Assembly (NCBI RefSeq): GCF_964204645.1
Contig: NC_134032.1
Span: 6,064,275-6,128,274 of the forward strand
Direction: 5' to 3'
Source of the DNA: Tubulanus polymorphus
Lineage: Eukaryota > Animalia > Nemertea
DNA: 64,000 bases
Shown: positions 37,232 to 49,617 of the stretch, one piece after another
How positions within the stretch are numbered: the stretch's first letter is position 1
Layout: every line of letters begins with the position of its first letter
The notes under the pieces: generated by a model
What the model saw: only the letters and a program-made list of their open reading frames with translations
Told to the model about the DNA's origin: nothing
The model's database searches: none
Made by a program: the position numbers and the translations under genes

Positions 37232-38536
37232 ATGGATGAGAAGATAGCATGCGAAATTTGTGGTGAACTTCTAAGAAAAAGTAATAAGGCTCGACATATG
37301 AAAAAACATAATGAAAATTATAAACCCCCTAAAATAAACTGCCCAAAATGTAATAAATTATTCTCAAGAAATTATGTTAAAAAACATTCAGAGAAGTGTA
37401 GAATTAATGGCGCAACGGCTAATGTTGATAGTAATTCTGCTGAAGTTGAACCTGAAGTTATTTGGAAAAGACCTTTCTTATTCTATATTATATAGGATAA
37501 TATAAAAGATCATTTCTGTGAGCCTTGTCGAATGAAATATAACCCCGAAAATATAGAAGATTGGGAGAATCATCAATTTCGTAAAGTACATATAGATAAA
37601 ATTTCTAATAAATTTGAAACTGAATTTAATGAAAGAAAAGATAATTTATTAGAAAAAATAAAATATGAGAAAACGTTACCAGATAATGAAGAAACAGTTG
37701 AAAAGTTAGAAAAACAATATAATGAATTAACAAGAAAAACATATTATTGTAAATATTGTAAATTGATTATTACAACAAGTAATTCAAATCTACATAATAG
37801 AACAATAAAACATAAAGAAAACGTAAGAAAATACCAAGAGCTTAATGAAGATCTATTACCAATAAATTATAAACGAAAATGTCCACAATGTAGTTATGCG
37901 ACCTTAAGACAAGAAGGTACTGTGTTATTTTGTAATGAATGTGGATGGCAAAAGAATTTATGGGGTGAAGAAAAAACTAGAAATTTTCTCATAGATCCAA
38001 AATTAAATTATCTTGATGAAATTTTTAAAATATTTTCTATAGAAGATCATACACCAGAATATATGCAATGGCTTGAAAAAATGAAAATAATAGAAAATGA
38101 AAATGGTGAAATAACTAAAAGAGATATTATAAAAACAATTATTCCACCAACATTTAACACAAAACAAAAGAAAATGTATTTATATTTATTATTTAATGAT
38201 TATTATGAAAAACCTAAATTAACAGAAGAAGATATGAAAAATATAAAAAAAATATTCAAATAAATATTAATGTATCATTTGGAAAATAGAATAACAGATT
38301 CAATAAATTATGAATTCTTTTTAAATAAGATTGTAAATTATTTAAACCTAGATATTATAATTCCATTTGATGAATTAACAAACAAAAAGAAACAAAGAGA
38401 GCGAGATGAAATGTGGAACAAGATAGAACTTTATTTAAATGAGAAAAATGGAATGGAAGAAGAACCTGAACAATTAAATGAAAATGAAGAAGACAATAGT
38501 GATTTCGAGTTTGATGATACTGATTTTATGTTTTAA
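37232..38536 (+). pseudogene. Zinc-finger plus VLTF3-like (poxvirus late transcription factor 3) gene with two in-frame stops
   Basis: ORFs 37232-37495, 37532-38263 and 38270-38536 share one frame; C2H2 fingers, CPQC...CNECG ribbon, C-terminal INYEFFLNKIV...KKKQRERDEMWNKI resembling VLTF3. Confidence 0.65.
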
Positions 38537-41500
38537 TAGCCATAAGGTAATGTTTTTATACCATCATCTAAAATATGCCTTTTAACATCAAATGGATTTA
38601 AACTAGTTTTTTCAACTTCACTAATGTACATCTCATGATCTTCTGATCTTAAACAATTCATTTTGTGTTTCATTACAATTGATTTATATAAACACTTTAT
38701 ATAATCTTGAAATTCTATATGTTTATCAACCACATGTTTTGTTATTCCTTTTAACTTTTTAGCTTCATGATCTTTTGTTCTGTAACTATACATTTTACTT
38801 CTTATCCCAATAAATTCAATCATTTCATCACCTCCTAATTCATCTTTAAACTTACCAGGAATCTTTTTATTATCATTGCTAAATAGTTCATGATCTTTGG
38901 GGTAATTGCTAAAATCAAAATAATGTTTTAATGTTTTTAAGTCTTTTGTTATATCATTTGTCTTGATTTTTAGTATGTAACTGTCAGTATCAAAATATAA
39001 TATTTCAATATGTTTTTCCCCAAAAAGTGGTTGTAAAACATTATAATAAAAATCATACATTAATAATTTTGATACTTCTAAAACAGTCGAACCAATAAAT
39101 ATAGGTTTATTAAATTTCATTGACGTTCTTTTTACCGCGGTTAAATAATCCTCAAACCTTTTATTTCCTAAATGTCTAGGACTTGATTGTAGGTGTCTTA
39201 ATCTTTCATAATTATTCACTAATTCAATATCATTTCTATTTCTAATATTTTCACATGTTTTTCCATAAAACTTATTATTCATCAATTTAAAAAAATCTTT
39301 TTCGAAATCAGTTTTTGATATGGTTCTCTGTTGAGTATTGAAATCTATATATTTTTCTAACCACTTCGATTGATTAAATTCAATATATCTATGTACTTTC
39401 TTTAATTTCATTCCTTGTTTTAGATAAAATTTTAACATTCTATAATGAACAATATAATTGTATTTATTATTTTGAGTAAGTATTAATTTTTCTGTAAAAA
39501 CATGACTTTTCGGTTTTATTTTCTTCTGGTATTCACTTAAATAACTATCATCTACAGTTAAATGTTCTGGGCAATAAGGTAAGTTTCTTGTTTTAAACTT
39601 TATATTTTCAGGATATTCTAAATCAACTACAAAGAAATAACCAATTGGTGCTTCATCTTACAAACTAATAATTGCGCTTTCCCAATCAGTTTTATCACCA
39701 TTTTCAACTTCTGTTAATATAAAATTTTTATATGGTTGAGGTTGCATCATTGCCCAACCATATAAATTATTAGCGTCAATATATAATAATTTATATTCAT
39801 CATTTGCTTTAAAATACCTATCTCCCATAACACCACTAATTCCACCTCTAATTGATTTTTCAAATAATAAAACCATATCTGGTTCTTTTAATAAATCTAA
39901 TTCTACATTTGTATATTTTAAACCACATTGCCAGGTTAAACCAGGACTAGAGTAGCAATAACAAGGATCAACATTAAAATGATTCAAATTAACTTCTCTA
40001 AATTTTTCAAATATGTCAGCCAATATCATAACATCTGATTTTAAATATAAATCAACTAATTCACCATGATTTTTCATCTTAAAATGGTCCCAAATATTTA
40101 ATGTTCTATTAAAAACTTCGTCTTTCACATACTCCTCTTTTAATTGATCATAAAATTGATCTTTTAATAATTCTGTTACATTAAAATCATTGTGTGTTTT
40201 ATAAAATGAATAAGGAATTGCGCCTTTATATCTCAATAATTTAAAATCTTGGTCATTTGGATAATAATATCGAGTTATAATAAAATCATTATCAACTAAT
40301 GATTTTGATAAATTATCTAATGAACTTGCTAGAAATCTATAAGAATCTAAAAATCTAATGCAACCAAATTGAAATGAAATATAATTTTCAGATGTTTTAG
40401 CTAATAGTTTAAAATCATATTTTCTTACATTTGCTTCATTCATAGCATTATATTCTTCTATTTCTTGATTAATTGCACCCAATTTTCCCGATAATTGTTT
40501 TATAAATAGATGGGTATCATATCCTGATAAATTATGAAATAATATTGGTACGAAATTTACTTTTTTAGCTTGTAAATTGCAATCTTCATGAGCAGCTCCA
40601 CGATATTTTGAATTTAAATGATCATGATCTCTAACTCTTTTATCAAATGAATGAAAACGTTTTTCACAATAACAACAATGAGTTGCATAATTAAAATCAA
40701 TTTCATCTTCTTTTGTCATAACAATTCTTTTATTTTTGTTTAATAATTTTGTAAAATCACTTTCTAATTCAATCATTTTATCACAAAAATCATTAACTAC
40801 ATTTTCACCTCTAAAAGAAATATATTGACTTTCATATAATTCAGGATAATTTGATTTTATATAAATTCCATAAGCAGCAGCTCTTTGATGAACTTTTTTA
40901 ATTGTATTTATAATTGGTGGGTCTTGAATTATATCTTCATTTAATTCACTTCCTTTATCCATTGATTTTAATAATTGCTTTTTGTTATATATTTCTTTTC
41001 TATCTTGATCAGTTAATTCTTTATTCAACGATTCAAAATCCCCATAAATTACAAATGGAACAATATTTTTAAATTTATGATTAGTAAATTTCAATTTATA
41101 ATCTTTTTCTGTTGGCATTATTAATTTACAAAAATCTTTATTATCACATAATTCTTTATGTTTTAATAATGTATTCTCAGTCATAAATTTAGATAAACAT
41201 TTTCTACATAGATAAATTTTACGATGATGATCACTTTCTGTTCTAAAGAATAAATCAATTTGTTTTAACCACATATAATGTTCATTTTCATCTTTTTTTA
41301 TAATATAACAAATCTATAGCATTTTCATCATCATAATATTCTGTTAAATATAAAGCTTCCAATGTATAATCTTTAATATCTTCACCTTTTTTCTTTGGTA
41401 ATTGCATTAATTCAAATACATTTATTTTTAAATTATTAACTTTTTCTATTTTAGGAATCATTTTTATAGTTACTGGATATTGATCAATTTTATATAATGT

Positions 41501-42523
41501 TTCATATTTCCGATAATCTGTTATTCTACAAACATTTTCCTGTGATGGATGTAAGCAACTAATAATTGCCCACAGAAAACATTTGTTGTCTTCATTTTTA
41601 ACATTTATAATTGCTTTTGATAAAAATGGTAATTTAATATAACTTGATGCTTTCATATCTTTTTCTATTATAAAGTTTGAATTATTTTTAAACATTTTAT
41701 TACTTTTTGATGTTTTATTTCTTTTTGTATTATAAACATTTAAATCTAAATATATAATTTCATTCAATGTTAAACCAGAACCCTCAAAATATCTTTCTTC
41801 AATATGACGTTTAAATTCATTTAATATTTTTTCTAACTTCTCTTTTATTTGTGTTTTTGAAATTATTTCTTCAGAGAGTGTTTGAATATTATAATTCATT
41901 TTTTCTTCTGACTTTATAAAACTTACTTTCCCAGAGATACTAATTTTTGGATATTCAACATCTGTTATCAAATCTAGTATTTTTTCTATTATTTCATTAA
42001 ATTTACTATAATCTTCTATTGTTGTACCTTTAAAAAATCTAAATATAATAGCTGGACCAATTTTACTATGTAATGTTTCTAAGATTTCAATTGTATCTTT
42101 TATTTCTAATGAATCAATATAATTTCTAACATTTTCCATGTAAGGTTTATTTGAAATGGATTTTGTTTTTGAAGTTGATTCTTTTACTTGTTGAGGTTTA
42201 TTATCAAAATAATCTTTTCCTAAAACATTATTACTCAAATTTTGATGGTGTTTTTGTGATTCGAGATGTCTATTATAATTCCTTTTTACTATAAATTCAT
42301 TACAAACTTCACATTTTATTTCATCCACATTCATATTTTCTAATCGTTCTTTTCTTTCATTAGAATTTTCTGGAGTTTCAAAATCTATTACATTTTTTAT
42401 ATGATTTGTAGTTTTTTCATGTCGTGTTTTATTAGATGTATCGATGTATTTTTTACAATATTGACAATAATATTGATTTTTATTGACATTATTGTTTTCT
42501 AGTTGGTGTTCATTCTCCCCCAT
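38533..42523 (-). pseudogene. polB: Protein-primed family B DNA polymerase (~1330 aa) with OTU-like and EndoVII-like domains; one frameshift and one nonsense codon
   Basis: Exo IYGDFES, FHNLSGYD, YLKSDV; pol YIDANNLYG, KLMNNKFYGK, YFDTDS; insert CCYC...DHDHL...AHEDCN; NEDNKCFLWAI...HYMW; extra A in A7 at 41293-41299 and in-frame TAA at 39658-39660. Confidence 0.95.
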
Positions 42524-42854
42524 TTATTAGGAAAAAAAATTACTTGTGGTGATGAGTAGGAAAAAAAAAATTACTTGTGGTGATGAGAGGTGTCTCGTCC
42601 TCTCGTCCTCTGATCTGAAACCCACATCTTCCAATTACTCCTGACAATATCACATGTAATGCTTCATAACTGACATGATCATACTACATACTACTTGACA
42701 AAATAAGACTGATATAAATCAACTGCCTACAATGATGCACATTAGACAGAACAATTATGCCATTATAAACTAAACAGTCTTTCAATATCAGACAAAACAC
42801 AAATTGACTCACTAACAACATAATTAAATCTGGGTTAAGGACAAATAAACAGGT

Positions 42855-45800
42855 ATGGACTCCTTGCAGAACTATCGCTGTTTAGTTGGTAATTATTACT
42901 GTAGGGCAGTATACAAAAGCCAGTCTGTATGCCATTCATATGTTAGAAATAGTGGCAATTTAGTTCAAGCAACTGGTGCAAAATTTGTAGCATCGCAATG
43001 GCTGGCCTGTCTGTATTACATGTATGCGTCTAAAGTTTATGATATCTGTGAAATGAGAAGAAAGTGTAGTTATTATGCATCTATATGGATTATACAATTG
43101 TGCATATATAGGAATCACTTCATGTGTAGAAATGAGCAATCATGTTTCCCTTGTACTCCATTAGTGACATCATTGCATGAAGATTCTACTATACTTCTAG
43201 CAAATGATGTTGAACTCAACCCTGGCCCTGTACTAACAGGTGCATTTCACCAAGGTGATCCAACCATATTTTCTGCTGATTCTGTAGGAAAACAGTGTGT
43301 TCCTATTGCAGCATGTTGTATTTTATTTACTTTGTTAAAGCAAAATATGAATACTTGGGTAAGCAGTGATCTTGATAATATATGCTTACAGGGTGATAAG
43401 TTGTATAGGGATATAACTGACAGAAGCAATCAAGGCTATTTATTTGCAAATGATATTCCTCTTTATCTTTCTTGCTTTGAAGCACATTTTATTTTGAAGT
43501 CCAAGAAGAATTTAGTGGGAGTATGTGTTAGTGTCAATGAAAGCCTAGGAATCCCAAGTGTTGCAGAAGTACTCAGTAACTACTTAGTCAGCAATTCAAA
43601 TTGTATAGCTATATTAGGCACAAATGCATGTGCTTTATTTGTAAGGAATGGTAAATATTACCTTTTTGATTCTCATAGCCGCAATACCTCAGGTTTCCCT
43701 TGTGCTGATGGATCATCAGTTTTACTAGAATTTGACAGTCTGATCAATATTTTGGATTTCATCAACACATATATAAGCTCTATTAATGCTGCAGCTTATG
43801 ATGTATCATTCTATGATGTTAAATTGATTTCAAAGAAAGCTTATATACTAGGTATAAGAAGGCATACAATTGTTAAAGCTCCGAATACCAGTGATACTGT
43901 CCATGCAGCATCTACTAGACCATCTTTGTCCAGTTTTAGAAGTTTATCATCTGTTCAATTGTACTTGGACGATCAAGCAAAAAAATTACAGGAAAAACTT
44001 AAAAAACGATCATACATGAGGTCATACATGAGATGTTACAGAAAAAATGATGGTAAATTGCATATTAATAAGACGCAAAAACAGAAATGTCATGAGAGGT
44101 ACCTTAACGATCAATCATCGAAAAAAAAAACTTCAACAAGATCTACAATTAAAGACAAAGTTATATTTCCTAGGAAAAGATCACATAATCAAAGTGTACC
44201 ACAAAGTAATGTCAAACTCAAACAATCTAGAAATGGATCCATGTCTTATGGAATTTCATCCAATAATGACCATGTGTCAATCTCTAACTCAGAATCTACA
44301 TGTTTTCATGATTCTTTCTCAGCTGACTATTCGGCTTTCCTAGCAGCAGTTGAATGTGGGCCTGCTTATGTTTGTTCAGTATGCCAGCAAACATGGTTCA
44401 AGGTTTCTGTTTCAAAAGTTACTGCTTCAATTAATGCTAAAAACAGCCATTTATTGAATGATTGCCTTACACACATTATCTCTCATGAAAAAGAAGAATG
44501 GATATGTGTTACCTGTATAGCAAATATAAACAATGGACTTATTCCGCGCTTATCTGTAAAAAATAAAATGGGATTCCCTATCAAACCACCAGAGTTGAAT
44601 ATTACGTCATTAGAAGAAAGGCTCATAGCACTTAGGATCCCATTTATGCAAATACGACAACTCCCAGTTAATCAGCAGAAATTTATTCGAGGTGGAGTTT
44701 GTAATGTCCCAGTTGCCATTGAACACACTGTCAATACATTGCCTAGGAAAATAAGTGAAAGTCAAACTGTAGCTGTTCAAATTAAACGAAAGCTAGCCTA
44801 CCGAACTGTTGAGTTTGCCGAGAATATTCGCCCTCTAGTAGTCATACGAGCATTAAAGTGGTTGTTAGACAATAGCCATTTATACCAAAATTCTGGAGTC
44901 TGTATTAATGACCATTGGCTCTCATGCTTACATACTAATGATCCCGAGATACAACCTTTTCTTGAAGGTAGAATTTCTGATTCGAAAAAGAGACAACCCC
45001 AAAATCAAAATCCACCTGAATCAGATTCAGACAGTGATGATGATGGATTTATAGAAATTGATAACAAAGAACAGCAATTAGAAAACATGGATACACTATT
45101 AGATGAAGTTGATCCAAATGTCTTTACATATGCTCCAGGAGAAGGCCAGCATCCCTTGGGACTATATACGGATAGTGACTCGGAATATTTATCTTGGCCT
45201 ACAATATTCTGTGGCAAAGTGCGTCCTGATAACTCCGAGCGATATAGGCCAGTGCATTACAGTGATATCTGCAAGTACGAACTCCGCTGCATTGATAGGC
45301 GAGTTGCCTCAAATATTCCTAACATCTTTTATAAACTAAAAAAATTGCAAATAAAACAGGTTTCAGACAAGGCGTCTATCTCAGTGCGTAGAGTAAAAAC
45401 AAGGGGTAAAACGTATACAGCCGGTGATCTTGCAGATGAAACTGTTCGAGACAACATGGTCAAATTGGATGAAGGTTATCATATTTTCAAGTCAATCAGA
45501 AATACCCCTGCATACTTAACTAAACGTAAAAGAGATATGTTTGCTTGTATTCGACAACTCGGTTTCCCAACAATATTTTTAAGTCTGTCTGCCGCTGATA
45601 CTAAATGGACTCCACTTTTAAGAACTCTGGGTATTCTTATAGATGGAAAGCACTACACTGATGATGAAATAAAAAACTTTGATTGGAGAACCACAAGCCG
45701 CCTCATCAGTAACGACCCAGTGACTTGCGCAAGATATTTTGATCATAAAGTACAGCAATTTATAAAGCTAGTTCTCAAAAGTAAAAATAATCCGATTGGA

Positions 45801-48800
45801 AAAGTTTCTGACTTCTTTGCCAGAATAGAATTTCAGACCAGGGGTTCACCACATGTACATATGACAATATGGCTACATGATGCTCCAGTCTTTAGAGAAG
45901 ATTCTGATTTGGAAATAGTTGACTTCATTGACAATATCATTTCAGTTTCATCTAATGTCCCACTTAGTGAACAAAAGTACCTTGAATATCAACGACATAA
46001 ACATTCACAAACTTGTCGGAAAGGTAGGACAAAATCTTGTAGATTTGGATACCCACAACCACCAATAACCACTACTACGATACTTTACCCACTTGATATT
46101 GATTCTGCTGATAATCAATACAGCTTGCCACTGCATACACTTCAAGAATACTACACTCAAATTATTGAGGTTTTGAATAGCTATGGTGACGGCTCTGATA
46201 TCTCTTTTAAAAATTTCCTTCAAAATGATCTCAAGATGTCTGAAAATGAATATGTTGATGCTATCAGATCTTCCTTATCAAAACCAAAAGTTTTCCTAAA
46301 AAGATCACCTAATGAAATTAGAATTAACCCGTACATGAAAAATCTTTTGGGTATTTGGCAAGCAAACCATGATATCCAATATGTTTTGGATGCGTACAGT
46401 ATGGCGGTGTACATTGCAAGTTACACCTGCAAAGGACAAAAAGCTATCAGTACTATATTAAAAACTGCCTGCAAAGAAGCAAGAAATGACAATTTAGACT
46501 TAAAAAAGCAGTCAGGCACATTGGCAATAAGTTCATTAACTCAGTTGAAATCGGCGCTCAAGAGGCAGCTTATCTTACTTTACAAATGCCCATTACTCGA
46601 TGTTCCCGAGAAGTGGTTTTCATAAACACTTCACCACCAGATGAACGTACATATCTTTTAAAAGATTTGAACAGCCTAAAGAAGTTGCCAAAAAATTCAA
46701 CTAATATAGAAGTTGACAACATATTAGTTCATTACTCAAGACGACGCCTTGAATTGGAAAATTATTGCCTTGCTCAATTTGTTTCTGAGGTTCAAAACCA
46801 CAAATCATCCACTTATGAGACCAGCCAATATGATGATAACATTGATGATGACCCTCCTTGTGATGGCCTTTCTAGCAATATGTCAGACAGCCAAGTAAAG
46901 CTAAAACCAAATGCTCGAATTATACGCTTTGTTAATTACAACAAACGCTCTGACCCAGAAAATTTCTTTCGAGAACGTTTATTGCTGTACGTACCATGGC
47001 GCAAAGAAAAAGACCTTCTACGTGACTTTGATTCTTATGAAGCTGCTTTCAAATCCTACACAGCACAAATCAGTATGATGATGAAAAAGTTTGAAGCACA
47101 CAATGATGACTTGAAATCAGTTATAGAAACTATGGATAATTTAAATGTAGATACTGATGAACAGCTACCTGACAATGACCAGACTTTGAGTATGGAAAGT
47201 ATGTTCTTTGATCCTGATCGGCCAATTCACCAACGCATTTATGACTTGGCACCAGACATAGGTTTGACATCAGTGAACTACAATGTTGAAGTTTCTCTCC
47301 TTCCTAAAAGAATTACTGAACCTGAATATCATGCATTATTGCAATCACTAAATAAGAGACAGAATGAAATATTTACACATATAGCACAGCATATAAATCG
47401 AACTAATGATGTAAGTCTCCATGTTTTTTGTACAGGCTCGGCTGGATGTGGAAAATCTATTGTAATTAAGGCTATACATCAGTACTTGTTGCGCTCTCTA
47501 TCCTCTTTACCAGGAGAAAATCCTGACGATTGTAAAGTCCTTCTTTTGGCCCCTACCGGTATGGCTGCTTATGGTATTAATGGCTCCACAATTCATGGTG
47601 CCTTTAAGATCCCACCAAGTCGAGGATACAAGTATGAGCCGTTGTCAGCTAGTTCTTTAAATGCTCTGAGAACTAAGTACATGAACCTACAAGTAGTCAT
47701 AATAGATGAGATTTCAATGGTTGGTGCTTGTATGTTTTATACAATTAATCTACGTTTGAAAGAAATAATGGGTACTCAAAAGATATTTGGAGGCGTACAT
47801 ATTATTACCTTCGGCGACCTCTACCAGTGATGGATAGGTTTATATTTCAACCAGTACCTAAAGAATATGCTGCATTTGCTAATAATCTATGGCTAGACAA
47901 TTTTAAAATCTACGAACTTCATCAGATTATGAGACAAAAAGAAGATTTAGCTTTTGCTGAGCTTTTGAATCGTTTGAGAACCAACAATTTGTCCCACTTA
48001 GACAAAGGCATTTTAAAGTCTCGTATAGTCTCTTCATCTGATACAATATATCCTAAATCTGCTCCACATTTTTTCCCTCTAAAAATCCAAGCTCAGAAAC
48101 ACAATGACCAGATATTTAATGCTGTCTCATCAGTTAAAGTATCAATAAAATGTACAGACGTTGTCTTAACAGATATATGTAGTTCAGTAAAAACTAAAGT
48201 ATTATATGCCTGTGAAAACTGTAAAACTTATATAGATGCAAGTGGCCTTCCAAGAATTTTAAACGTTGCCGAGTCATTGATTTACATTACAACAGTTAAC
48301 ATTTCAGTAGATGATGGTATAATTAATGGATCTGAATGCACTGTAAAAAAAATACAATTTGATAATAATACCATTGATCGACCATCCATAATATGGGTAG
48401 AGTTCCGTAATACTGATGTAGGCAAACAACAAAGAAACAAATATAGATGTTTTTTTACTGACCAGATAACTGCTAGCTGGACTCCAATATTTGCACTGAA
48501 ACGTTCATTCACTGTCAGAAATGTCACTCTTCAGAGAACTCAATTTCCACTTATGCCCAGTTCAGGCAGAACAATTCATCGTGCCCAAGGTGGAACATTT
48601 GACACAATAGTTGTTGACATGAGTACTGGAGCCAAAACACCTGCATCCATACTAACTCATTCACACTATGTTGCCCTCAGTCGTGTAAAACAATTGTCAG
48701 GTTTGCACATACTTAATCTAAATGAAAAAAAAATATCTGTATCTTCACATGTCATCCAACATATGGAATATATGTGCCAACACAGACAATTACAGCTATG

Positions 48801-49491
48801 TTACACACCACTGTATTTAACTTTGCCTTTTGCATTAAAAATCATATATCAAAATGCTAGGTCATACTCAAAAGATTATCTTGATATCAAAGACAACCCA
48901 AATGTCAAAGCTGCTGACATAAGTGGATTTTCTGAGTCAAGACTTATTTGTTCTGACCAAGAATCTGAACTTGACATGCCCGGCTACAAAATTATTCGCA
49001 ATGACATGCCCCAACATCTTACTACTGCATTTAGACCACCACATGGCCTAATTGCATACTACAAAAGCAATATACACCTTCTAGAATCTTATGTTAGCAG
49101 CCAGGTCAACATAGAATATACATACATTTGTGTGCAATATATGCACAGACCTCACCAAATTGTCTTCGTTTACGTGTCACCACAATGTTCATTAGAAACC
49201 CTATTCTACTCTATGAATGCATTGTCAAATCACCTAGACTTGCATAGCCCATTAGTAATTATGGGAGATTTCAACATGAAATCCATCGTTCATTCAACTG
49301 ACTACAATGACATATTAGCTGGGTTCATGGTAAACAAGTTTAATTGCCACCAACTTGTAAAACATCCAACAACTAAACATGGGAGCACACTTGACCTCAT
49401 CTTCACTAATGTGTCTATGTCCAACATTCAAGTAGGAATTATTGACACCTACTGGTCAGACCACAGTATGATTTACTGTTCTTTATTTTGA
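42855..49491 (+). pseudogene. Helentron polyprotein: 2A-like peptide, herpes-tegument-type cysteine protease, Zn finger, HUH Rep, PIF1 helicase, AP endonuclease; two frameshifts
   Basis: DVELNPGP; FHQGD...GKQC...FDSH; FPTIFLSLS, EFQTRGSPHVH, YIASYTCK; GSAGCGKS, IIDEISMV, GDLYQ, TIHRAQG, YVALSRV; QNARS, SESRL, MGDFN, TLDLIFTN, WSDH; frameshifts near 46510 and 47826. Confidence 0.93.
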
Positions 49492-49617
49492 ATACAGTAA
49501 AACTCTAATAGGCTATATCTGTACCACTGCATTATTCATTTCCTGTCTGCAAATGATAAAAAAACACTAAAAATCATCTGAAATACTTGTAACCAATTAC
49601 TTCTTATTCTTTTACAG

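Larger units (their letters stand above)
25198..42639. mobile_element. Polinton/Maverick (adintovirus-type) endogenous virus, copy A, near full length
   Basis: TIR AGTAATTGGAAGATGTGGGTTTCAGATCAGAGGACGAGAGGACGAGACACC at both ends (AG...CT termini); flanks CTTGAC (25192-25197) and CCTGAC (42640-42645); hallmark genes present. Confidence 0.95.

Noticed and set aside
28132-39660. Alternative genetic code or stop readthrough explaining four in-frame stops
   Set aside because: TAA and TAG terminate the intact genes normally; sporadic nonsense mutation suffices
41288-41300. Programmed frameshift in polB or integrase A-runs
   Set aside because: Both need +1 and lie in homopolymers; the divergent polB copy reads through this region in one frame. 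Mutation or sequencing error is simpler.
46497-46515. A-AAA-AAG in the correct phase for a -1 programmed frameshift joining Rep to helicase
   Set aside because: This heptamer is weak in eukaryotes. A single lost G restores KQVRHIGNKF, and a second lesion near 47826 (probable short deletion between CCAG repeats) shows decay.
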